This document shows, piece by piece, positions 56,934 to 64,000 of a stretch of 64,000 nt of DNA. Origin of the DNA: Salinarimonadaceae bacterium. GTDB lineage: Bacteria > Pseudomonadota > Alphaproteobacteria > Rhizobiales > Beijerinckiaceae. The notes under the pieces are model-generated. The model worked only from the letters and a program-made list of their open reading frames with translations, was not told where the DNA came from and made no database searches. The stretch spans positions 9,010 through 73,009 of the forward strand of contig REDO01000057.1 of the NCBI GenBank assembly GCA_007693435.1, read 5' to 3'. A program made the translations under genes and the position numbers. The first letter of the stretch is position 1. Every line of letters starts with the position of its first letter.

Positions 56934-57758
56934 TCAGCCCTCGGGGGCCGGGGCCGGCGCGCCCGTGACGTTCTCGCGCTCCAGCTTCCGGTAGCGCGCC
57001 GCGCTGACCGGGATGACGGCGAGATAGACAAGGGTGCACAGGGCCAGCATCTCGAAGGTGAAGGAGACGAGTAGCGCCGCGAAGGCGACGACCAGCACGA
57101 AGAGCGGAAGGACCGCCGAGCGCGGGACGCGGGCGCTCAGCAGCTTCCCAGAATAGGTCGGGATGGTCGACACCATGAGGAACGCGATGCCCAGCATGAA
57201 GATCGCGGCGGCGACGGTCGCGACGCCATCGAAGGAGACGCCGAGAAAATGGAGGTAGATTGGCAGGAAGCCGACCACCGCGCCGGCGGGCGCCGGCACG
57301 CCGACGAAGTAGTTCTTCTTCCATTCGGGTCGGTGCGGATCTTCCAGCGCGACGTTGAACCGCGCCAGGCGCAGACAGGAGGCGATGGCGTAGACGAGCG
57401 CGACGACCCAGCCGATCCCGCCGAGCCTGTCGAGCGCGAAGCTGTAGACGATGAGCGCCGGCGCCACGCCGAAATTCACGAAGTCGGCGAGCGAATCGAG
57501 TTCCGCGCCGAAGCGCGACGTTCCCTTGAGCAGACGCGCGATGCGTCCGTCGATCCCGTCGAGCACCGCCGCGACGATGATCGCGTAGACCGCGAGTTCG
57601 AGCCGCCCCTCGAAGGCGAGCCTGATCGCCGTCAGGCCGAGACACAGGGCGAGCAACGTGATGAGATTAGGCGCGATCACACGGAACGGCACCGGGCGAA
57701 ACCGCCGTGGACGAGGCTCGTCGGGATCGGGCGCGAAAGGCCGGAAAAGATCGGTCAT
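56934..57758 (-). CDS. pssA: CDP-diacylglycerol--serine O-phosphatidyltransferase
   Basis: The CDP-alcohol phosphatidyltransferase motif DGIDGRIARLLKGTSRFGAELDSLAD and multiple TM helices are present. I placed the start at MTDLFRPF. Confidence 0.9.
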   Translation of the reverse strand: MTDLFRPFAPDPDEPRPRRFRPVPFRVIAPNLITLLALCLGLTAIRLAFEGRLELAVYAIIVAAVLDGIDGRIARLLKGTSRFGAELDSLADFVNFGVAPALIVYSFALDRLGGIGWVVALVYAIASCLRLARFNVALEDPHRPEWKKNYFVGVPAPAGAVVGFLPIYLHFLGVSFDGVATVAAAIFMLGIAFLMVSTIPTYSGKLLSARVPRSAVLPLFVLVVAFAALLVSFTFEMLALCTLVYLAVIPVSAARYRKLERENVTGAPAPAPEG

Positions 57759-57819
57759 GGGCCGGAACTGTATGAAGCGCGGGGGCCCGGAGCAAGCGAG
57801 ACCGGTCGGACGCGCGGAA

Positions 57820-58518
57820 TCAGGACGTGCGAAAGGCGCGCTGCGCTTCGGCGGAGCGCAGATCGGCGAGAACCGTCTCGCCCGCCACCGCCGTCTGGCC
57901 GAGAGCCACGAGCGGCTTGGCGTCGGGCGGCAGATAGACATCGACGCGCGAACCGAACCGGATCAGCCCGAAACGTTCGCCGACGCCGATCGTGTCGCTC
58001 TCGCGCACGAAGCTCACGATCCTGCGCGCCACGAGCCCTGCGATCTGCACCACCGCGATGCGCGCGCCCGGCGCCTCGATGACGAGGCCGTTGCGCTCGT
58101 TGTCTTCGCTCGCCTTGTCGAGTTCGGCGTTGAGGAACAGTCCCGGCGTGTAAACCTGCTTCACGATCCGCCCCGTGACCGGCGAGCGGTTCACGTGGCA
58201 GTTGAAGACGTTCATGAAAACCGAGACGCGCAGCATCGGCTCGGAACCCATGTCGAGTTCCGGCGGCGGCGCGGCCGTGACGATGAGATTGACGACCCCA
58301 TCCGCCGGCGAGACGATCAGCCCGTCCCGCAGCGGCGTCACGCGCTCGGGATCGCGGAAGAAGTAGCAGACCCAAACCGTGAGAATGCCGGCGATCCAGC
58401 CGAGCGGCGACCAGATGAGGCTCAGGATCAGCGTGGCGACGGCGGCGATCGCAATGAAGGGATAACCCTCCTTGTGGATCGGCACGAAGACCTTGCGGAC
58501 GGAATCTGCCAGAGACAT
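57820..58518 (-). CDS. psd: phosphatidylserine decarboxylase proenzyme
   Basis: [11 protein letters not shown] is present, as is the self-cleavage region [14 protein letters not shown]. The pairing with pssA supports the call. Confidence 0.9.
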   Translation of the reverse strand: MSLADSVRKVFVPIHKEGYPFIAIAAVATLILSLIWSPLGWIAGILTVWVCYFFRDPERVTPLRDGLIVSPADGVVNLIVTAAPPPELDMGSEPMLRVSVFMNVFNCHVNRSPVTGRIVKQVYTPGLFLNAELDKASEDNERNGLVIEAPGARIAVVQIAGLVARRIVSFVRESDTIGVGERFGLIRFGSRVDVYLPPDAKPLVALGQTAVAGETVLADLRSAEAQRAFRTS

Positions 58519-58595
58519 CGTTTCTTCCTGATTCTCGTCCGCCAAGCGGACGGCTGGTTAGTGAATACCCGATAACGCGCCACGCTCAAGGCGCT

Positions 58596-59924
58596 TCACG
58601 TCGGAGGCGTGCCGTTTGCGCCGAGCGCCGCGCCGGCGAGATAGAGCGAGCCGCAGATCAGGATGCGCGGCGCGCGCTCCCATTCGCGCTCGCGCAGTCC
58701 CGCAATCGCCGCCTCGAACCCGGCCGCCGTCGAGGCGACGAGGCCCGCGCGGGTCGCGATCTGCGCCACCTCCAACGCCGGGCGGCCGGCGACCTGGCCC
58801 GGAACCGGCACCCCGACGAGTTCGCGCGCCAGCCCCGCGAAATTGCGCAGGAAGCCTTCGCCATCCTTGGTGCCAAGCATGCCCGCGACCAGCACCAGCG
58901 GCGCGTCCGAGCGCTCGGCGAGGTCGGCCATTGCGGCGGCGAGCACGCGCCCGCCATCCGGGTTGTGGCCGCCGTCGATCCAGATCTCCGAGCCTTCGGG
59001 CGCGATCCCCGGCAGGACGCCGCGCGTCAGCCGCTGGAGGCGCCCCGGCCATTCGGCGCTGGCGATCCCCTCCTCGTAGGAGGCGTTGGGCAGCCGCAGG
59101 AAGCCCGCCGCGCGCAACGCCGTGATCGCCGCGCCGGCGTTGATCGCCTGATGCGCGCCCACGAGGCGCGGCATGGGCAGATCCATCAGCGCGTCCTCGT
59201 CCTGGTAGACGAGCCGGCCGTTTTCGATATGGGCCGAGAAGTCCTGGCCGCCGACGAGGATCGGCGAGGCCCTGACCGCTTCGGCGCGGGCGCGCAGCAC
59301 GTCGTCGGCCTCGACGTAATCCTGGCGCGCGATGATCGCGGGGCGCCCGCGCTTGAATATCCCCGCTTTCTCGAAAGCGACCTTCGCCAGCGTGTCGCCG
59401 AGATATTCCGCGTGATCGAGCCCGATCGAGGTGACGACCGCCGCCGCCGGCTCCGCCACCACGTTCGTCGCGTCGAAGCGCCCGCCCAGACCGACCTCGA
59501 GGAGCAGCACGTCGGCCGGCTCCTGCGCGAAGAGCAGGATCGCCGCGGCGGTGGTGATCTCGAACACGGTGATCGGTTCGCCGCCGTTCGCCGCCTCGCA
59601 GGAGCGCAAGGCCGAGACGAGCTTTTCCTCGTCCACGAACAGCCCGCCGCCGGGGCGGCCGATGCGGATGCGTTCGTGGAAGCGCACGAGATGCGGCGAG
59701 GTGTAGATGTGGACGGCGAGCCCGGCCGCCTCCAGAATCGCGCGCATGAAGGCGACGGTCGACCCCTTGCCGTTCGTTCCCGCGACGTGGATCACGGGCG
59801 GCAGGCGCTCCTCGGGATGGCCGAGATCGGCGAGCAGGCGCTCGACCCGGCCGAGCGAAAGATCGATCGTCTTGGGATGCAGCGCGAGAAAGCGCGCGAT
59901 GATCGCGTCGGTGGATTCCATCAT
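58596..59924 (-). CDS. folC: bifunctional folylpolyglutamate synthase/dihydrofolate synthase
   Basis: The P-loop HVAGTNGKGST, the Mur-ligase middle and C-terminal domains, and the position downstream of accD support the call. Confidence 0.9.
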   Translation of the reverse strand: MMESTDAIIARFLALHPKTIDLSLGRVERLLADLGHPEERLPPVIHVAGTNGKGSTVAFMRAILEAAGLAVHIYTSPHLVRFHERIRIGRPGGGLFVDEEKLVSALRSCEAANGGEPITVFEITTAAAILLFAQEPADVLLLEVGLGGRFDATNVVAEPAAAVVTSIGLDHAEYLGDTLAKVAFEKAGIFKRGRPAIIARQDYVEADDVLRARAEAVRASPILVGGQDFSAHIENGRLVYQDEDALMDLPMPRLVGAHQAINAGAAITALRAAGFLRLPNASYEEGIASAEWPGRLQRLTRGVLPGIAPEGSEIWIDGGHNPDGGRVLAAAMADLAERSDAPLVLVAGMLGTKDGEGFLRNFAGLARELVGVPVPGQVAGRPALEVAQIATRAGLVASTAAGFEAAIAGLREREWERAPRILICGSLYLAGAALGANGTPPT

Positions 59925-59958
59925 TGGTCCGCGATTTGAGAACGCCGCGAGAGCGCGC

Positions 59959-60849
59959 TCAGTCCTCCGCCGGAGCATCGAGCGGGACTTCCTCGGGCTC
60001 CTCGGCGGGCTCTTTCATGAAGATCTTCGCCAGATTGACGATCGTCGCTTTCAAATCCTGCCGGTTCACGACGATGTCGACCATGCCGTGATCCTTCAGA
60101 TATTCCGCGCGCTGGAACCCCTCGGGCAGCTTCTCGCGGATGGTCTGCTCGATCACGCGCGGGCCGGCGAAGCCGATCAGCGCGCCGGGCTCCGAGATAT
60201 GGACGTCGCCCAGCATCGCGTAGGAGGCCGTGACGCCGCCCGTCGTCGGGTTGGTGAGCACGACGATATAGGGCAGGCCCGCATCCTTCAGGCGCTGGAG
60301 CGCCACGGTGGTGCGCGGCATCTGCATCAGCGAGAGGATGCCCTCCTGCATGCGCGCGCCGCCGGAGGCGACGAAGAGCACGAAGGGCGTGCGGCGCTCG
60401 ATCGCCGTCATCGCCGCCGTGACGATCGCCTCGCCCGCGGCCATCCCCAGCGAGCCGCCCATGAAGGAGAAATCCTGCACGGCGACGGTCATCTGCGTCC
60501 CGCCGACGGCGCCGACGGCGACCTTCACCGCATCCTGCATGCCCGTCTTCGCGCGCGCGTCGCGCAGGCGATCGGCGTAGCGCTTCTCGTCGCGAAACTT
60601 CAGCGGATCGGCGGCCACGGAGGGCAGAACGATCTCCTCGTAAGCGGCGTCGAAGGTGATCTTGAGACGGTCGACCGCATCCACGCGCAGGTGGTGGTTC
60701 GAGCCGGGAATGACCCACAGATTGGCCTCGACCTCCTTGTGGAACACCATCTGGCCGGTGTCCGGGCACTTGATCCAGAGGTTTTCCGGCGTCTCGCGCT
60801 TGAACAGGGTCTTGATGCGCGGGCGGACGACGTCCGAAATCCAGTTCAT
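59959..60849 (-). CDS. accD: acetyl-CoA carboxylase carboxyltransferase subunit beta (no N-terminal Cys4 zinc finger)
   Basis: [41 protein letters not shown] and [11 protein letters not shown] are present. The N-terminus aligns to E. coli AccD, but only one of the four zinc-finger Cys residues is retained. Confidence 0.95.
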   Translation of the reverse strand: MNWISDVVRPRIKTLFKRETPENLWIKCPDTGQMVFHKEVEANLWVIPGSNHHLRVDAVDRLKITFDAAYEEIVLPSVAADPLKFRDEKRYADRLRDARAKTGMQDAVKVAVGAVGGTQMTVAVQDFSFMGGSLGMAAGEAIVTAAMTAIERRTPFVLFVASGGARMQEGILSLMQMPRTTVALQRLKDAGLPYIVVLTNPTTGGVTASYAMLGDVHISEPGALIGFAGPRVIEQTIREKLPEGFQRAEYLKDHGMVDIVVNRQDLKATIVNLAKIFMKEPAEEPEEVPLDAPAED

Positions 60850-61017
60850 ACTGAAATCTTCCCGATCGAGTAGGTCAGGGGCGCTTCAATAGAGCAATGC
60901 GCGCGATCTGCCAAACCCAAACGCGGAAGCGCGGTCGGCAATGCGCGTCATTGCGGATTATACGCGAAGCGCCCGGCGGCGTAATCTCGCGCATCGGCGC
61001 GGCGAATTCCGGAGTGT

Positions 61018-62121
61018 GTGATGTTGTGGTCGTTTCCCGTGGGCGTGATCGCCGGAACAGTGATCAAGATCCACATGACTTTCTTTCTGTTCCTCGTCTG
61101 GATCGGGGGGATGCAGTGGAGCGTGGCCGGCGCCGGCGCGGCGGTTCAGACGATCATCCTGATCATGCTGATCTTCGCCTGCGTCCTCGCCCATGAATTC
61201 GGGCACATTTTCGCGGCGCGCCGTTACGGCATCAAGACGCCGGAAGTGATCCTCTCCCCCATCGGCGGCATCGCCAATATGGAGCGCATTCCCGAAGATC
61301 CACGGCAGGAACTGATCGTGGCGCTCGCGGGTCCGGCGGTGAACGTCGTGATCGCGGCCGTGCTGTTCCTCGTTCTGGGCGCGAATTTCAGCGCCACGGA
61401 CCTGACGCGCATCGAGAACCCCGCCATCGGCCTGCTCGCCCAGGTCGCCGGGATCAACGTGATCCTCGTCCTGTTCAATATGCTGCCGGCCTTTCCGATG
61501 GACGGCGGGCGCGTGTTGCGCGCGCTGCTCGCGATGCGGATGGAATACGCCAAGGCGACCCGCATCGCCGGCCGGATCGGACAGGCGGCGGCCATCGGTT
61601 TCGCGGTGCTCGGGCTGTTCTGGAACCCGATCCTGATTCTCATCGCCGTCTTTGTCTACTTCGCCGCCTCCGCTGAGATCGAAGCCGGCGCCGCCAAGGA
61701 TCTCGCCGCCGGAATCATGGTCGCCGACGCGATGGTCGTCGTCGTCGAGACCCTGCCCGCGCAGGCGAGCCTCGCCGATGCGGTCGATGCGCTGGTGCGC
61801 ACCTCGCAGAAGGAGTTCCCCGTCCTCGACGGGCAGGGCCATCCGCTCGGCCTCGTGACCCGCGAGGGCCTGATCGCCGCGCTCGGCAAGCGCGAAGGGC
61901 CGCCGCCCGACGTCTCGGAGATGATGCTGTCCGATATCCCTCGCATCAAGGCCACCGCGCCGCTTTCGGAGGGCATGGACCTCCTCATGCGCTCGGGCGC
62001 GCCCGCCCTCTTCGCGCTGGACGCCCGTGAACGCCTCGTCGGGCTCCTGACGCGCGAGAATATCGGCGAGATGGTGATGGTGCGCCAGATGCGGCCCGAC
62101 TGGCGGTTTCGGCGGACGTGA
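61018..62121 (+). CDS. site-2 protease-family (M50) metalloprotease with CBS pair
   Basis: The HEFGH zinc motif (LAHEFGHIFAA), the second motif NMLPAFPMDGGRV, TM helices and a C-terminal CBS-like region are present. Confidence 0.85.
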   Translation: MMLWSFPVGVIAGTVIKIHMTFFLFLVWIGGMQWSVAGAGAAVQTIILIMLIFACVLAHEFGHIFAARRYGIKTPEVILSPIGGIANMERIPEDPRQELIVALAGPAVNVVIAAVLFLVLGANFSATDLTRIENPAIGLLAQVAGINVILVLFNMLPAFPMDGGRVLRALLAMRMEYAKATRIAGRIGQAAAIGFAVLGLFWNPILILIAVFVYFAASAEIEAGAAKDLAAGIMVADAMVVVVETLPAQASLADAVDALVRTSQKEFPVLDGQGHPLGLVTREGLIAALGKREGPPPDVSEMMLSDIPRIKATAPLSEGMDLLMRSGAPALFALDARERLVGLLTRENIGEMVMVRQMRPDWRFRRT

Positions 62122-62139
62122 GCACGCCCCTTCTATCGC

Positions 62140-62619
62140 TCAGCCCAGCCGGCGCTCCAGCGTGACCATGTAGTCCCCGTAGCCTGCCGCGCTGTATGCG
62201 GCGAGCGCGCCCTTGTTGACGGCGAGAGCGGCGACCGTGATGCGTTCGAGCCCGCGCTCGCGTGCGCGGCGCTCCGCCTCCGCGATCAGCGCGCGTCCAA
62301 TGCCGGCGCCACGGGCCTCGGCGTCGACGACGAGTTCCGCGATCATGGCGTAGTCACGGAACCGCGGGAGGACGTAAGGCTCGTCGCGCCCGAAGACGAG
62401 GGCGAGGAAGCCGACGACGCGCTCGCCCTCGCAGGCGGCGAGAAGGGCGCCGCCGCTTTCGGCAATCCGCTCGCGATCGCGATCGAGGCATTCGCGCGCG
62501 GCCGTGATATCCGTGCGGCGATCGTCTACGAGCCCCGCCTCGTAGCGATTGAGGGCGTCGATCAGAGCGATGATCGCCTCTTCGTCGGCGGGAATCACGT
62601 CGCGGATGACGACGGCCAT
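62140..62619 (-). CDS. GNAT-family N-acetyltransferase
   Basis: The acetyl-CoA motif A ELVVDAEARGAGIGRALIAEAERRARERG is present. I placed the start at MAVVIRDV (ATG 62619), 4 nt after the upstream stop. Confidence 0.8.
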   Translation of the reverse strand: MAVVIRDVIPADEEAIIALIDALNRYEAGLVDDRRTDITAARECLDRDRERIAESGGALLAACEGERVVGFLALVFGRDEPYVLPRFRDYAMIAELVVDAEARGAGIGRALIAEAERRARERGLERITVAALAVNKGALAAYSAAGYGDYMVTLERRLG

Positions 62620-62623
62620 GGCG

Positions 62624-63469
62624 TCAGCCCTCCGGCGGGAAGGCGGCGAAAACGTCCTCCGCCTCGCCGCGCTCCAGCGCATCCTGCATCGCGCGAACGA
62701 GCAGGAGGCCGCTATCCTCGAGCAGCGAGACGTGCCCCGCTCCGGCGAACCGCACGAAGCGCTTGGGCTCCGGCGCCGCGGCGAAAAGCGCCTCGCCCTG
62801 CGAAAAGGGCACGACCAAATCCGCGTCGCCGTGCATGATCAGGATCGGCGCGCGCACGTCCCCGATCACGTCGATCGAGCGGAACTGGTCGAGCATCAGG
62901 TACCGCAGGGGCGCGAAGGGGTGGAGCACGGCGGCGATGTCCACCGCAGAGGTGAACGGCGCGTCGAGGACGAGGGCCCCGATTTCGTTCTCGGCCGCCA
63001 GACGCGTTGCGACGCCGGTGCCGAGGGATTCGCCGTAGACGAGGATGCGCTGCGGCTCGACCCGTTCCGTTGCGAAATGGAAGGCGGCGCGCGCGTCGCG
63101 ATGCAGCCCCGCCTCGGTCGGCGAGCCGGTCGAGCCCGAATAGCCGCGATAGCTGACGATGAGCACGCCGCGCCCCTCCTCGCCGAGCGCGCGCGCGCGG
63201 TTGCGGCGGTTCCAGAGACTGCCGCCATTGCCGTGGAAATAGAGGGTGAGCACCCTGCCCTGCTCCGGCGCTTTCCAGAAGCCGCGCAGCCGCTCGCCGT
63301 CCTCCGTCTCGATCACGACGTCCTCGAATCCGGGCAATTGCGCCTCGACGACGTCGGTGATCCGATGCACGGCGGGATATTGCAGCGAGCGCTGCATGGC
63401 GAACAAAGCGCCGACCACGCCGAGATAAGCGACGACGGCGATCAGTACCGCTCTCGTGAACAAGCGCAT
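62624..63469 (-). CDS. alpha/beta-fold hydrolase with N-terminal TM anchor
   Basis: The nucleophile elbow VYGESLGTG, HGNGG, and HGDADLVVP / GAGH (Asp/His region) are present. The N-terminal TM helix is AVLIAVVAYLGVVGALFA. Confidence 0.8.
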   Translation of the reverse strand: MRLFTRAVLIAVVAYLGVVGALFAMQRSLQYPAVHRITDVVEAQLPGFEDVVIETEDGERLRGFWKAPEQGRVLTLYFHGNGGSLWNRRNRARALGEEGRGVLIVSYRGYSGSTGSPTEAGLHRDARAAFHFATERVEPQRILVYGESLGTGVATRLAAENEIGALVLDAPFTSAVDIAAVLHPFAPLRYLMLDQFRSIDVIGDVRAPILIMHGDADLVVPFSQGEALFAAAPEPKRFVRFAGAGHVSLLEDSGLLLVRAMQDALERGEAEDVFAAFPPEG

Positions 63470-63556
63470 GGCCGCAAAGCTCCCTTAGTGCGCGATTGAA
63501 GCGAAAGGCCGGACTATGCCCCGTCCGGCGGCCGCTGTCAGCGCATGCGCGGAGCC

Positions 63557-64000
63557 CTAGAACGCCAGCCGGAGACGCGCGGAGAGCGTGTGGCTCTCGG
63601 CCCTTCTCTGGAACCGCCCATTCCAGGCGAGCGTCGCCGAGAGGCGCTCGTTCGCGTCCTGCAAGACAAGCTCCGAGCCCACCCGCAGCACATCCGGACC
63701 AGGATCGACGCCGCGTTGCGCGATGCGCGTGCCGAGTAGCTGGGCGTCGAAGCCCGCGACGCGGCTTCCCATGACGCGGGCATAGCCCAAATCCAGGGCA
63801 AGGCGCGCGGACGCTCCGCCAAAATCAACAGCCGGCGAGGCCCAGCGGATCCCGGGGCCGGCCTCGGCCTGCATCTGCGAGGAGCCCGGCACGAACAACG
63901 AGAAGATTCCCGCGCCCGTCTCCTGAAAGGCTTCGGTGCGCCGAAAGCGCCCGACGAACGATACATATGGCTGGATCGTGTGACCGGCGAGCGGAAGAGT
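63557..64000 (-). CDS. C-terminal end of an autotransporter-type outer-membrane beta-barrel protein (partial, runs off the right edge)
   Basis: The frame is open to base 64000. My translation is ...IQPYVSFVGRFRRTEAFQETGAGIFSLFVPGSS... ending ...SHTLSARLRLAF, with alternating hydrophobic beta-strands and a terminal Phe typical of autotransporter beta-domains. Confidence 0.6.
   Translation of the reverse strand, partial: TLPLAGHTIQPYVSFVGRFRRTEAFQETGAGIFSLFVPGSSQMQAEAGPGIRWASPAVDFGGASARLALDLGYARVMGSRVAGFDAQLLGTRIAQRGVDPGPDVLRVGSELVLQDANERLSATLAWNGRFQRRAESHTLSARLRLAF

Overview
This is a visibly GC-rich chromosomal segment. I did not compute composition. Gene content and local gene order fit an alphaproteobacterium of the Hyphomicrobiales/Rhizobiales type: rpoZ-spoT, split pntAA-pntAB-pntB beside holC, psd-pssA, accD-folC, maf-yacG, proVWX, and an AccD without the Cys4 zinc finger. 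About 60 protein-coding genes are supported. Most are housekeeping: rpoZ, spoT, prfB, parE, argG, miaA, cysK, moaA, sodB, folC, accD and others. All calls come from reading the supplied ORF translations for family motifs, plus my own reading of the DNA. No similarity search was run. I recognised no rRNA, tRNA, CRISPR array, transposase, integrase or obvious prophage. Many long ORFs in the track are antisense or alternate-frame shadows typical of high-GC DNA, and I rejected them. The points most worth a second look are: (1) a luxR-luxI quorum-sensing locus with a 7-2-7 palindrome at lux-box position, a tightly coupled 63-codon ORF after luxI, and a strong terminator, the same architecture as cinR-cinI-cinS; (2) a hybrid sensor kinase divergent from a REC-pseudokinase gene that is translationally coupled (ATGA) to an orphan TadG-like protein carrying poly-Asp and (Asn-Ile)4 tracts; (3) a membrane-anchored, extremely acidic protein built from two arrays of 15-bp repeats; (4) an AT-rich island with an orphan ORF and terminator beside an XRE regulator and a CYTH-like gene; (5) gene-decay remnants, namely an internally deleted EAL domain and a truncated xdhC; (6) two features the ORF track cannot show, the prfB +1 frameshift and a 57-codon DUF2256 gene. 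I did not find a system I can confidently call new. The quorum-sensing small ORF and the kinase/pseudokinase/TadG-like module are the best candidates.
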